From contig OZ242358.1 in the NCBI GenBank assembly GCA_965208835.1, forward strand, positions 2,176,001-2,240,000: 64,000 nt of DNA, in the 5' to 3' direction. Both the position numbers and the translations under genes were made by a program. The stretch is from Candidatus Latescibacterota bacterium (GTDB lineage Bacteria > Latescibacterota > UBA2968 > GCA-2709665). The notes beneath the pieces are model-generated. The model saw only the letters and a program-made list of their open reading frames with translations, ran no database searches and was not told the origin of the DNA. The stretch's first letter is position 1; each line of letters starts with the position of its first letter. Shown piece after piece: positions 44,359 to 54,700 of the stretch.

Positions 44359-46233
44359 TCAGGACGCGAGTGCCGCTTCGAAACTGAGTGTCTGTTGCTG
44401 GCGGGATACGGTGATGCCGCCGTTCTCGGGTACCAACACGATGTCCGACGGGTCGCAGTCGATACCGAATGCCACGGCGAACCTGACGGGTCCTGGCTTC
44501 AGTTCGGTATCGATCTTCAGATATTCGATTTCCAGGCTCTCAGCGTCTGCGTGTCCCGGTTTCAGGTCCTCGTGTCTGTCCCTGAGGAACACGGCGTTCG
44601 AAGGCGTCAACAGACGCACGTTCACAACAGTATTTCCATCGACAAGCGTGGCCGAAGGCCCGTCTGTTTCCGCGGAACCGGAGAAGTGAATGCGGGACTC
44701 CATTCGGGTCACGTCCGTGACCTCAATCTCGTCTATTACGACAAAGAGCGCCGGACGGAGGTAGAGGAAATGGCGGACGAAAACCGTGAGTCTGTCGATG
44801 CCGTAGGCGGGCGCGATGGACGCCCTCAGGTAGTCGTGGTTGCCCGTGAATTCGGTCTTTTCCACGGTGCCGACGAGGCGACGTTCGCCGGGCTGCCCCT
44901 GTCCGTCGAAGAGCGGCAGATTGTGACCGTCCGTCGCCTTGAAGATCCATTCGCCGGGGTCTCCGTAGCGGCCGATGCCCAGTTCGCGAACGACGGTTCT
45001 CTGGCCGGCGTGTATAATATAGTTCCCGACATCCGCATGGCCGTGGGGTTCGACCGTAGCCCCGATCTTCAACGCCAGGACGGGCGCGTCCTGATCCTTC
45101 CAGGAGCCTCGCATGACGCACCAGCCGGCATCCGGAAAGTAGGCGGACGGGTGGTGCGGGTCCGGCAGTTCGGGAACGGTATCGGACGCATCCCAGAAGA
45201 GCTCAGCCAGTCTGGTGGACGGACGGCGGTCCGTGGTGATCCGATCGACGTAGGCGGCCGCGCGATTGTCGTATTCCTGCGCGAACTTGCGGAAGGCCAT
45301 ACCATCCGGAAAGTGCTTTCCGCAATCGGCGAAGTTGACCACGCGGTCGGGCGGGAGATAGCAATTGATGGGGAATTCGACCGTATTCCTGAGTTTGGGA
45401 TGGTCGTAAAGGTTGATCCTTCCGCCGGTGAGCCGCCTTAGCGCATCCGAAAACGGAAAGGAAGTAACGATTCCGTAGTTCCAATACCCCGGGCCCTCCT
45501 TCCACGAACCGTCGTTCTGAATGGCATCGTAGAATTTCGTGATGCGCTCAATACATTCCCGTATGACGCCGAGCATGGCTTCACGAGGGCGAATCTTCGT
45601 CCGGAGATGGAAATGTCCCGCATCGAGCATGGCGAGGGCGCACAGGCCCATGTTGGATACGCACACGGAACACCAGTTGCTGTCGTAACGGGACGCCCAG
45701 AAGTGATGTTGCATGCCGCCGGTGCAGTGGGCCAGACCTCGCGCAAAGACCATGAACTCGAGTTCACGGCGCTGGTTCTCGGAAAGGGTGTCGTAGAGCA
45801 GATCGTAAGCGGCGGCGAAACAGGCGCAGGTATGGCTGCCGTCCAGATCCAGAAGCATGAATTCGTGGACCGGGTGGACCCACGAGGGCCAGCTCATCAT
45901 TGAAGCGAGGCCCTCCCAGGCTTTTTCGGCGTAGGCCCGATCCTGGTCGACCGCGTAAGCCAGCAGATAGTCTTCAACGAGATTCCGCGCTTCGCCGGAA
46001 AGGCGGCTGTATGTCTCCCAGATGCCGTTCCTGTAGCTGTCCTCTCTCGGCGGCGGGGTTGGGAACGGGAGATCGAGTTGAGCGTTCAGCCGCTCGCGCG
46101 TTTGCGCGTAGACCTCCGCGTGGGAGCCTTCGAGGCAGCGTGCCCGCACGCGGTCCAGGTCCGTCCTGTCGAAGTAGAGATAGGGATGTTCCAGGGTCTC
46201 GGGTATGAGACGCTCAACGTCAGGTACGGTCAC
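44359..46233 (-). CDS. Heparinase II/III-family polysaccharide-lyase-like protein
   Basis: HPYLYF, SNW, DGSWKEGPGYWNYG, NFAD, HGHAD, GHN; no signal peptide. Confidence 0.85.
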   Translation of the reverse strand: MTVPDVERLIPETLEHPYLYFDRTDLDRVRARCLEGSHAEVYAQTRERLNAQLDLPFPTPPPREDSYRNGIWETYSRLSGEARNLVEDYLLAYAVDQDRAYAEKAWEGLASMMSWPSWVHPVHEFMLLDLDGSHTCACFAAAYDLLYDTLSENQRRELEFMVFARGLAHCTGGMQHHFWASRYDSNWCSVCVSNMGLCALAMLDAGHFHLRTKIRPREAMLGVIRECIERITKFYDAIQNDGSWKEGPGYWNYGIVTSFPFSDALRRLTGGRINLYDHPKLRNTVEFPINCYLPPDRVVNFADCGKHFPDGMAFRKFAQEYDNRAAAYVDRITTDRRPSTRLAELFWDASDTVPELPDPHHPSAYFPDAGWCVMRGSWKDQDAPVLALKIGATVEPHGHADVGNYIIHAGQRTVVRELGIGRYGDPGEWIFKATDGHNLPLFDGQGQPGERRLVGTVEKTEFTGNHDYLRASIAPAYGIDRLTVFVRHFLYLRPALFVVIDEIEVTDVTRMESRIHFSGSAETDGPSATLVDGNTVVNVRLLTPSNAVFLRDRHEDLKPGHADAESLEIEYLKIDTELKPGPVRFAVAFGIDCDPSDIVLVPENGGITVSRQQQTLSFEAALAS

Positions 46234-46388
46234 GGAGACTCCTGATCATCTGGAATCTGGCGGGAATGGCGAATCGCCGCCAACGCATGTAGAGCCAATG
46301 GGGCCTGGCGCGGTATCGGAAGTCAATATAGCGATCGGCAAATTGGGGGTCAAGCAGATGTGTTGGAGGGACAGGGCACAGGCGTCCG

Positions 46389-47264
46389 CTACGTTCGCTT
46401 TCTGGCCAGCAGGACGCGTTCCCTGCCCGAGAGGTCGGGAACGGTCCGTTCATGGATGAACCCGGACGATTCTGACAGGAGATTCAACACATCCGGCGCG
46501 CTGCCGTCCGCAACTTCGAGAGCCAGCCAGCCGTCTTGTTGCATGTGGTCCGAGGCCTGGGCGATGATCGTGCGGTGGAAGGCGAGCCCGTCCGGCCCGC
46601 CGTCGAGTGCGAGCGGGGGGTCGAAGCAGCGAACTTCGGGTTGAAGGGACGGCAGGTCGCGTTCTGCGACATACGGCGGATTTGACACGACGGCGTGGAA
46701 CGCGCACCGAGTCCTGAATGCGGCAAGAAGGTCCGCGCAAACAAAAGCGACCCGCTGCTGAACATCGTTTCGAAAGGCATTGCGGGCCGCCAGCCGGAGT
46801 GCTTTCAAGGAAACGTCGGTTGCGACCAGGCGACTCGCGGGAAGTGCGTGCGCAAGCGCCACGGCAACAGGACCCGCCCCGGTACCGACGTCGAGAATCC
46901 GCGGCCCTGTATGGGCATCCAGGCGTTCGACAAGCGATTCGACGAGGATTTCGGTTTCAGGACGGGGGATGAGCGCGTCGGGTCCGACGTGGAACGGAAG
47001 GGAGAAAAACTCGGTTTCGCCAAGCAGGTGCTGAAGCGGAACACGCGTGCGCCGTTTTTGTACGAAGTCCCGGAGGCGCTGAAATTGCGCCGGCTTAAGT
47101 CGTCGACGAGGGTTCACGAAGATGCCGGAACGGCTGGTTTTCAGGACCGCCGCAAGCAGCCACTCAACGTCCGTGCGTGGGTCAGGTACACCGGCATCCG
47201 CAAGGATGCGTTCCATCGTGGCGAGGACATCGGCGGTGGTGGGAAGGGAGGAGGATTCGGCCAT
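46389..47264 (-). CDS. prmC: Release factor glutamine methyltransferase
   Basis: PLQHLLG, LIPRPETE, LDVGTGAG, SNPPY, ALDGGPDGL; follows prfA. Confidence 0.97.
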   Translation of the reverse strand: MAESSSLPTTADVLATMERILADAGVPDPRTDVEWLLAAVLKTSRSGIFVNPRRRLKPAQFQRLRDFVQKRRTRVPLQHLLGETEFFSLPFHVGPDALIPRPETEILVESLVERLDAHTGPRILDVGTGAGPVAVALAHALPASRLVATDVSLKALRLAARNAFRNDVQQRVAFVCADLLAAFRTRCAFHAVVSNPPYVAERDLPSLQPEVRCFDPPLALDGGPDGLAFHRTIIAQASDHMQQDGWLALEVADGSAPDVLNLLSESSGFIHERTVPDLSGRERVLLARKRT

Positions 47265-47298
47265 GGCCTGTTCTTCGAAGACCCGTGCCCGGTCGATA

Positions 47299-48387
47299 TC
47301 AGGTGGGAACTGATCTGTTCTCTTCGCCGTCTCTTATAATATCGGCATGGTCTGCCAGGCGCAAGGCATTGATGAAATCGTCCAGGTCCCCCTCGAGCGT
47401 CTCTTCGAGTTTGTGGAGTGTGAGTCTTATCCGGTGGTCGGTGACCCTGCCCTGGGGAAAATTATACGTGCGGATCTTCGCGCTTCGGTCGCCTGTGCCT
47501 ACCTGAGCCCTCCGATTCCGGGAGGCTGTGTCCCGCTGGTCCTGGAGTGCTCGATCAAGGAGCCGGGCACGGAGGACCTTCAACGCCTTGGCCTTGTTCT
47601 TGTGCTGTGACTTCTCGTCCTGGCACTGTACGATCAGGCCGGTGGGCAAATGGGTAATCCGTACGGCTGAATCGGTGGTATTGACACTCTGGCCTCCCGG
47701 CCCCGAGGAACGGTAGACGTCAACCCTGATCTCATCGGGATTGATTTCGATATCCACATCTTCGGCTTCGGGCAGTACCGCAACCGTGGATGTGGATGTA
47801 TGGATGCGCCCGCTGGACTCGGTCTCGGGAATTCGCTGGACGCGGTGTACGCCGCTCTCGTATTTCAGGTTTCCGTAGACATCGCTCCCGGCAACCGAGA
47901 AGATGACCTCCTTGAATCCGCCGATGCCGGTCGGATTGGCGCTGAGCAGTTCGGCCTGCCACCCCTTTGATTCAGAGTAACGGGTGTACATTCGATACAG
48001 ATCGGCAGCAAAAAGCGCCGCCTCATCGCCTCCTGCGCCGGCGCGGATCTCCACAATTGTGTTTTTGCCGTCATTGGGGTCCCTGGGGATCAGCAGGAAT
48101 TGGAGTTTCCCGGAGAGCCGGGCCTCCTCACGCTCGAGTTCGGCGTGCTCCTCGCGGGCGATTTCAACCAGTTCGGCGTCGTTCGAGTCCCGGATGATTT
48201 CCGCGGCTTCCTCCAGGTCGTTTGCAACCTGCCTGTATTCACGGTATGTGTTGACGATTTCTTCAAGACGGCGAAATTCCCTGGTGAGGTCTCTGAACCT
48301 GTTGGGGTTGGCCGCGACATCCGGCCGCGCCATTTCCGAACGGATCTCTTCAAATCGATTCTCGACTGCTTCCAGTTGACCGAACAT
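47299..48387 (-). CDS. prfA: Peptide chain release factor 1
   Basis: [12 protein letters not shown] (PxT), [22 protein letters not shown]. Confidence 0.98.
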   Translation of the reverse strand: MFGQLEAVENRFEEIRSEMARPDVAANPNRFRDLTREFRRLEEIVNTYREYRQVANDLEEAAEIIRDSNDAELVEIAREEHAELEREEARLSGKLQFLLIPRDPNDGKNTIVEIRAGAGGDEAALFAADLYRMYTRYSESKGWQAELLSANPTGIGGFKEVIFSVAGSDVYGNLKYESGVHRVQRIPETESSGRIHTSTSTVAVLPEAEDVDIEINPDEIRVDVYRSSGPGGQSVNTTDSAVRITHLPTGLIVQCQDEKSQHKNKAKALKVLRARLLDRALQDQRDTASRNRRAQVGTGDRSAKIRTYNFPQGRVTDHRIRLTLHKLEETLEGDLDDFINALRLADHADIIRDGEENRSVPT

Positions 48388-48558
48388 GTGGCTTCCCTGC
48401 CTGGTCTTCGAATGGACAGATCGGTCTCTACATCGTGATGCCAGGCCGATCTGTTGAAGCAGGAATTGGCGCCGCCGTTTTCCCGATCAGCGGCGAGTCG
48501 CCGACTCCCGCAAATACGCCAGCGACGAATGCAGTCGGACACTCGTAGAATAGACAAC

Positions 48559-48615
48559 AAAAAAGGCGAAGCGGTACGCGCGCCCGACGGAAGGCGGACG
48601 ATGCCGTTTCACCTT
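48559..48615 (-). terminator. Terminator-like hairpin after rpmE
   Basis: Minus strand AAGGTGAAACGGCAT...GTACCGCTTCGCCTTTTTT, a G:U-containing stem with U-tail. Confidence 0.55.
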
Positions 48616-48635
48616 ATGATTGACACACCGGGTGG

Positions 48636-48893
48636 CTAATCTTCGGCGGCTGCCTTTGCGTCGGCCTGTTCGGGGACATCCCCGGCTTTTTCTTTGTCTA
48701 TATTGTAACGCCGCCGGTACCGTTCCACCATGCCCGCGGTGTCCACCAGTCGCTGCTTGCCCGTATAGAACGGATGACAATCGGAGCAAATGTCGACCCG
48801 AAGGCCGGGCACGGTCGCGTACGTATTCAGGGATTTCCCGCAGGCGCAGGTAATGGTGGTTTCCACGTATTCAGGATGAATATTCGGTTTCAC
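48636..48893 (-). CDS. rpmE: 50S ribosomal protein L31 (zinc-binding type)
   Basis: GTG start, KPNIHPEY, CACG, CSDCHPFYTGKQ. Confidence 0.97.
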   Translation of the reverse strand: MKPNIHPEYVETTITCACGKSLNTYATVPGLRVDICSDCHPFYTGKQRLVDTAGMVERYRRRYNIDKEKAGDVPEQADAKAAAED

Positions 48894-48991
48894 GTGACAA
48901 ATACCCTCGAATCTGGATGAAACGACGACAGAATCAGCCACACAATGTATACAAAACAGAGTTCCAGCGCAAGAATTTAAAGGCTGAACGA

Positions 48992-49154
48992 GTGTCCTGT
49001 CCCAAAAATTCCTCACCATTCGACCGGCGATTCATCCCGTCTCGCTACGTTCCCCTCGCTCGCCGACCTTACGCAGGTCGCCTGCGCTCAGGCGCCTTGC
49101 GAGACGGGTGACTCTACGGTCGAATTGAGGCAACTTATTTCCGGGACAGAACAC
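48992..49154. mobile_element. MITE family C, free copy (~163 bp)
   Basis: Inverted ends GTGTCCTGTCCC/GGGACAGAACAC; homologous in reverse orientation to the insert at 52480-52641. Confidence 0.8.
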
Positions 49155-49215
49155 TAGCCCGATATGCAACCGCCGCCGCGGGCGCATACGGATCCGCGGA
49201 TCCTGAAAGCCGCTC

Positions 49216-50523
49216 TTACAGCTGTCTGTTCATCGAATCCAGGAATGCCTCGTTGTTTTTTGTACCAGCCATTTTCTCCTTGAGGAACTCCATGGCTTCC
49301 AGGGCGGGCATCTGGTTGAGCAGCCGGCGCAGGATCCAGACCCGGTTAAGTTCCTTTTCGTCGAGCAGCAGTTCCTCTTTCCGGGTTCCGGACAGGGTTA
49401 CGTCGATAGCGGGATAGATGCGCCGGTTACTCAGGCGCCGGTCCAGCTTCAATTCCATGTTGCCGGTACCCTTGAATTCTTCGAAAATGACCTCGTCCAT
49501 ACGGCTTCCGGTCTCAACGAGAGCAGTAGACAGGATGGTCAGGCTGCCGCCCTCTTCGATATTTCGCGCGGCGCCGAAGAATCGCTTGGGCCATTGCATG
49601 GCGCTGGAATCGAGGCCGCCGGTAAGGATCCTGCCGCTGTGAGGGACGACGTTGTTATAGGCCCGGGCGAGGCGCGTGATGCTGTCCAGGAGAATGACGA
49701 CGTCCTGTTGATGTTCCACCAGACGCTTGGCCTTTTCGATGACCATATCCGCCACCTGTACATGCCGGGTCGGGGGCTCGTCGAACGTGGAGCTGATGAC
49801 TTCCCCGTTGACGGACCTCAGCATGTCGGTTACTTCCTCGGGGCGTTCGTCTATCAGGAGCACAATGAGATTGACTTCCGGGTGGTTCTCGGTGATTGCG
49901 TTGGCGATTTTTTGAAGCAGCATGGTTTTGCCCGTAAAGGGAGGGGCTACGATCATGCCGCGCTGCCCCTTGCCGATGGGAGTCAGCAGATTCATGATTC
50001 GAGTTGAGAAGTCGTTCGAATCGTATTCCAGTTTCATGCGCTGCCGGGGATGCAACGGCGTGAGGTTGTCGAACAGGGTTTTCTGTTTGGCCTGTTCCGG
50101 ATCTTCGAAGTTCACCGCCTCGACCCGGATGAGCGCGAAATACTTCTCGTCGTTCTTCGGCGGGCGAATCTGTCCGGAAATGGTGTCTCCCGTGCGGAGA
50201 TTGAATCGTTTGATCTGCGAATGTGAAACGTAGATGTCGTCCGGACCCGGGAGATAGTTATAATTGGGCGACCGCAGGAATCCGAAGCCGTCTTCCAGGA
50301 TTTCGAGAACGCCTTTGGCCAATATCAGACCGTTCTTCGCGGTCTGTGCCTGGATGATCGCAAATATCAGTTCCTGTTTTCTCAGGCTACCGTAGCTCTG
50401 GATCTCCAGGGTCTGGGCCAACCTTGCGAGTTCCGAAATGGTCATGTTCTGGAGTTCCAGTACTTCCACACCACCTGCCCGTGGCGGTGCTTTCGGGATT
50501 TCCCTGGTCGTTTCGGTTGCCAT
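49216..50523 (-). CDS. rho: Transcription termination factor Rho
   Basis: [51 protein letters not shown]. Confidence 0.99.
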   Translation of the reverse strand: MATETTREIPKAPPRAGGVEVLELQNMTISELARLAQTLEIQSYGSLRKQELIFAIIQAQTAKNGLILAKGVLEILEDGFGFLRSPNYNYLPGPDDIYVSHSQIKRFNLRTGDTISGQIRPPKNDEKYFALIRVEAVNFEDPEQAKQKTLFDNLTPLHPRQRMKLEYDSNDFSTRIMNLLTPIGKGQRGMIVAPPFTGKTMLLQKIANAITENHPEVNLIVLLIDERPEEVTDMLRSVNGEVISSTFDEPPTRHVQVADMVIEKAKRLVEHQQDVVILLDSITRLARAYNNVVPHSGRILTGGLDSSAMQWPKRFFGAARNIEEGGSLTILSTALVETGSRMDEVIFEEFKGTGNMELKLDRRLSNRRIYPAIDVTLSGTRKEELLLDEKELNRVWILRRLLNQMPALEAMEFLKEKMAGTKNNEAFLDSMNRQL

Positions 50524-50753
50524 TGGCGGATCCAATATGTTGAAGATGTTGCGTGTGGGATACAGACGGCTTATCTCTCAGGGGCTGCGACCGAACCCGG
50601 ACAGCCGGAGGCAGCAACGGAGAAACGGGTCGGACGTGTCTGACAAAAGGAGGCGAATCAGAGGAAGTTCGTGTAGCCAAGGATGCCTGAAGCGAGGAGT
50701 CGTCTGTATGTGTGCGGCAAAAAGTGGGAAGGAAGCGGAAGAATTACACTGAA

Positions 50754-50782
50754 AAAGTAAACCAAGAGGTAAGTGTTGTCAA
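50754..50782 (-). promoter_or_regulatory. sigma70 promoter of rho
   Basis: Minus strand TTGACA-17 bp-TACTTT, with an A-tract upstream. Confidence 0.7.
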
Positions 50783-50968
50783 GTTTTTTCTTTATTTTTC
50801 CGGAAGATAGAGAAAATGCCATTAAAATGTTTCACAGGATCGGTTTCCGGTGCGGGGGGGCTGACGTCTATCGAGATTGGAGCGCGGCCTGACACGCAGC
50901 GGTGTGGTTCGGCTGCGGAATCGGGCTTGCCTTTTGAAGATGGACTGCATAGGTTAAATGGAATCCGG

Positions 50969-51114
50969 CCGCCCGTGGAAAAAGCCCATCCGGGCTGCGG
51001 CCGGGCCTTGCGGTCGAAATACTGCGTTGCGCTCCCTCGCCGAGTCGGGCGATTCGACTCGGTCGCGCACCTTGTCTTCGGCCTTGCCTGCAGAGCGACT
51101 TTATCAACGGACTG
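50969..51114 (+). mobile_element. MITE family A, copy 3 (146 bp, more diverged)
   Basis: Same length and core as copies 1-2; left end decayed (CCGCCCGTGG); flanks CCGG/CTGA. Confidence 0.8.
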
Positions 51115-51137
51115 CTGAGGTCACCGGGGGAGCCGTC

Positions 51138-52211
51138 ATGCCGAAATCCGCCTCGGAATACAGCACCGCGCTGCTGGAGGGCCTTAATGAAGGTTTAATT
51201 GCGTTCGACCTGCAACGCAATGCCGTGCTGGCCAACGGGGCGTCGATTCGTCTACTGGGACTGGCCGGACAGGAAGTGGCCGGACGCCGGGCCGACGAGC
51301 TCTTCGCCGGACGCCCTGAACTGCTGAAGATACTGGATGCCGGGTTCCGGGGTTGTCTGTACGCGGAACCGAAAGACCTGATGTTGCAGCAGGAAGACGG
51401 TGGAATGCGTCGTTTGGGCGCGACCACGTCCTATTTGCTGGCGGAAGAGAGACAGGGGCTGGTTCTGGTTGTCCAGGACGTTTCCGCCCTGAAGCAGATG
51501 GAGTGGGAGACGTACCAGGTTGCCAAGATGAGCGCGCTGGGACGCCTGGCGGCATCCGTCGCCCACGAGGTCCGGAACCCTCTGGGCGCGGTGGACATTC
51601 AGCTGCAACTGCTGGAAGACGACCTTCGGGCAGTGGAAGACGGGTTGCGGAGCCGCATTTACCGCAGGCTCAACGTCGCCCGCATGGAGATGAAGCGGCT
51701 CGACCGGATCGTTCACAATTTCCTGAGGTTTTCCAGAACGCCGAGGCTGGACCTCAAACGGATCAGCCTGAACGACGTGGTTCGGCATGTGTTCGATCTG
51801 GTCTCTCCGGAAGCCCGCGAACGGGGCATTCGACTGAAACTGGATCTTCGCAAGGGTCTTCCCGAGGTCAATGGTGACGATAGCCAGTTAGGACAGGCCG
51901 TCCTGAACATAACGGTAAACGCGTTCCAGGCAATGGAATCCGGCGGGCAATTGTGTGCGAGAACACGGGCGGATTCCGCCGGCAGCCAAATCTGTCTGTC
52001 AATCTCGGATACCGGTTGCGGGATTCCCGATGAGGAGATCGATCGGATATTCGAGTACTATTATACAACCCGTGATGAAGGCACCGGACTTGGACTGTCG
52101 ATCGCCCAGCAGATTATCTATCAGCATCGGGGCCACATCGAGGTGGAGAGCGAAGCGGGAAAGGGAACCACATTCAGGATACACATGCCAACTGCCGGGC
52201 AGCCCGGATAA
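51138..52211 (+). CDS. Cytoplasmic PAS-domain sensor histidine kinase (NtrB/AtoS-like)
   Basis: PAS region, H-box AHEVRNPL, N-box LNITVNA, DTGCGI, GTGLGL; no TM segment; GGGGAG before the ATG at 51138. Confidence 0.93.
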   Translation: MPKSASEYSTALLEGLNEGLIAFDLQRNAVLANGASIRLLGLAGQEVAGRRADELFAGRPELLKILDAGFRGCLYAEPKDLMLQQEDGGMRRLGATTSYLLAEERQGLVLVVQDVSALKQMEWETYQVAKMSALGRLAASVAHEVRNPLGAVDIQLQLLEDDLRAVEDGLRSRIYRRLNVARMEMKRLDRIVHNFLRFSRTPRLDLKRISLNDVVRHVFDLVSPEARERGIRLKLDLRKGLPEVNGDDSQLGQAVLNITVNAFQAMESGGQLCARTRADSAGSQICLSISDTGCGIPDEEIDRIFEYYYTTRDEGTGLGLSIAQQIIYQHRGHIEVESEAGKGTTFRIHMPTAGQPG

Positions 52212-52354
52212 CGTTCAAAGCAACGGGAACAGGCGCCGGATCGCAGGCGAGCCGGACGCCGGATCATCGTGAACCCGCACGAACCGGCGAAGGGTGCGGT
52301 CACACGCTGTCTCTGAATGAGAACCAGGTTGGGTCAGGTATCCTGTGATCTTAG

Positions 52355-52678
52355 CAGCCCGTTGAAAAAGCCCATCCGGGCTACAGCCGGCCCTTGCGGT
52401 CGAAATACTGCGTAGCGCTCCCTCGCCGAATCGCTGGATGGGACTCGGTTGCGCGCCTTGTCTTCGGCCACAATGGCAAGTGTTCCAGCCCGGAAATAGA
52501 TTGCCGAAATTCGACCGCCGAGTCGCCCGGCTGGCAAGGCGCCTGAGCAAGGCGACCTGCGCAAGGTCAGCGAGCGAAGGCAACGCCGCGAGACGGGATG
52601 AATCGGCGGATGAATGGTGACATATTTCCGGGATGGGACACCATACCTCGCCTGCAGAGCGACTTTTTTGACGGACTG
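52355..52678 (+). mobile_element. MITE family A, copy 4, interrupted by a 178-bp insert
   Basis: Family A sequence to 52469 resumes at 52648; TTAG direct repeats on both flanks. Confidence 0.85.
52470..52647. mobile_element. MITE family C, copy nested in family A copy 4
   Basis: Inverted ends GTGTTCCAGCCCGGAAATA/TATTTCCGGGATGGGACAC (core 52480-52641); homologous to 48992-49154. Confidence 0.82.
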
Positions 52679-52707
52679 TTAGACCAGGGTCACGCGCACG
52701 GAGTGAG

Positions 52708-54069
52708 ATGGAAACGAGAGACATCAGGATCTTTGTGGCCGACGACGAATACCACATATGTGAGGGGCTCAAGGAGTCGCTGACTAACGAGGGGTATTCG
52801 GTCGACGTCGCCTACGACGGGGCGGAGGCGGCTGAACATCTGAAAGCGCGGGTTTACCACGCGGCCATACTGGATCTCAAGATGCCGGGTATCGATGGCA
52901 TAACCCTGTTGAAGCGGCTGAAGAAGACAAGCCCCGATACCGGTGTCATCATCATCACAGCCTTTGGCGAGGTCTCGACGGCGGTAGATGCCATGCGACT
53001 GGGCGCGTATGATTACCTGGCGAAGCCGGTGGACCTCAAGCGGCTTCACCTGTCTCTGCGACGCCTCCTGGAGCATCAGGCCCTGGTTGCCGAGAACAAG
53101 GAGCTCCGGGCCTGGCTGGGTTCGACGGAGACCTTCGGCCAGATCGTGAACCGGAGCGCCGCCATGCAACAGGTCTGCGAGACGCTGGCGCAGGCGGCGA
53201 TAACGGATGTGCCGGTACTGGTGATGGGTGAAACCGGCACGGGCAAGGAGCTTGTCGCCCGGGCTGTCCACCAGCGAAGCCGCCGCCGCAAGGGGCCGCT
53301 CGTGGCCGTGAATTGCGGGGCCGTTCCCGAAACATTGTTCGAGCGAGAGTTGTTCGGCCACATCAGGGGTGCGTTTACGGGCGCACACGCCGACAAGCCG
53401 GGACGCTTCGCCGCTGCCGAGGGCGGCACATTGTTCCTCGATGAAGTCGGCGAGATTCCAGTGGCGAATCAGGTGGACCTCCTGCGCGTCCTGGAGGAAA
53501 AGGTATACACCCCCGTAGGCAGCAACGTTTCGAGGAAGGCGGATGTCCGGATCATCTTTGCCACGAACAGAAACCTGGATCTGGAAGTCAGGGAGGGTCG
53601 ATTCCGGGAAGATCTGTTTTACCGGATCAACGTCGTTCCCATCCGGCTGCCGCAGTTGAAGGATCGCAAGGAGGATATTCCCCTGCTTGTGGAGACCTTT
53701 GTGGATGAACTCTGCACGATTCATCAAAAATCCAGGAAACAGTTCACCCCCGATGCGATGCGGATGATACTGGATTACGCCTGGCCGGGAAACGTTCGGG
53801 AGCTGAAAAATGCGGTGGAGCGTATCGTGGTAACGTGTCCGGAAACCCGGGTCGGTCCCAAACGGCTACCCACCGCCATCCGCGCCACCGCACCGGTACA
53901 GAGAGATCTTGTAATTCCATTGAATTCGTCACTCGAGGAAATGGAACGCCGGTTAATCGAAAACACGCTGACGCACGTGACCTCCAACCGGAAGGAGGCC
54001 GCCCGAATTCTGGGTATCAGCGTGCGCGCGCTGCATTACAAGATCAAGAAGTACAGCCTGGGCTCCTGA
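52708..54069 (+). CDS. sigma54-dependent response regulator (NtrC/AtoC family)
   Basis: Receiver (ADDE, LDLKMP), GETGTGKE, GAFTGA, LFLDE, FREDLFYR, WPGNVREL, Fis-type HTH. Confidence 0.97.
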   Translation: METRDIRIFVADDEYHICEGLKESLTNEGYSVDVAYDGAEAAEHLKARVYHAAILDLKMPGIDGITLLKRLKKTSPDTGVIIITAFGEVSTAVDAMRLGAYDYLAKPVDLKRLHLSLRRLLEHQALVAENKELRAWLGSTETFGQIVNRSAAMQQVCETLAQAAITDVPVLVMGETGTGKELVARAVHQRSRRRKGPLVAVNCGAVPETLFERELFGHIRGAFTGAHADKPGRFAAAEGGTLFLDEVGEIPVANQVDLLRVLEEKVYTPVGSNVSRKADVRIIFATNRNLDLEVREGRFREDLFYRINVVPIRLPQLKDRKEDIPLLVETFVDELCTIHQKSRKQFTPDAMRMILDYAWPGNVRELKNAVERIVVTCPETRVGPKRLPTAIRATAPVQRDLVIPLNSSLEEMERRLIENTLTHVTSNRKEAARILGISVRALHYKIKKYSLGS

Positions 54070-54073
54070 AAAG

Positions 54074-54259
54074 GAAGCCGCATTGAAATTTCCGGCGGTC
54101 GTCGCGCGGCTGCAAACGCGTCGGGCTGCGTTGGTCAAATCCACCGGTATCGAGAGGTCGAGGCTGCGCTCGCTCGCCTCTCTTGGGTGGATTCGCCCGC
54201 CTGGACCGACACCCTTTCGCTCGCGCTCGGGTAAAAACCGGGAATTATAACGCGGCTTT
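54074..54259 (+). mobile_element. MITE family B, copy 2 (186 bp, diverged)
   Basis: GAAGCCGCATTGAAATT/AATTATAACGCGGCTTT ends; colinear with 20362-20547. Confidence 0.8.
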
Positions 54260-54312
54260 TATTGCGAAAACCGGCAAGATTGGCGCTTTTGGTGCCGCCG
54301 TCGGCGTCACGC

Positions 54313-54357
54313 CGCAAATTTTGCGCAATCCGGGGCCAATCGAGTGCAAATTTTGCG
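54313..54357. promoter_or_regulatory. Tandem upstream activator sequences (enhancer) for a sigma54 activator
   Basis: Near-palindromes CGCAAATTTTGCG (54313) and TGCAAATTTTGCG (54345), 32 bp apart, about 130-165 bp upstream of the predicted start site. Confidence 0.7.
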
Positions 54358-54455
54358 CCATCAGGCGCAGGAGATTGAATGTGTAGCGCCCGGCGATCGG
54401 CATCGTCGGGCGTAAGTTTATTTATAATAATCATCTGTACGTCATGGAATAAAAC

Positions 54456-54471
54456 TGGCATTAAAGTTGCT
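54456..54471 (+). promoter_or_regulatory. sigma54 (-24/-12) promoter
   Basis: TGGCATTAAAGTTGCT with exact GG-N10-GC spacing; AT-rich IHF-like tract at 54413-54433. Confidence 0.8.
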
Positions 54472-54700
54472 TATAGTATAGAGCGACGATTCCATCGAAT
54501 TCGCTGATACGTGTGGAATTCGTTGGATACAGGCGTTTTCGGGTGTGATTCAATGGCAGGATGTCAGGTTGGCAGCCGGGGTTTCACCGGGCATTCTGCA
54601 AAAATTGCATTTCAAGAGCGACTGGATTCGGGAATTCGGCACAATTGAAACCAAACGCACATCCGGTTGGAGCGGGAACGGGGTAAACCCGGAGACAGGC

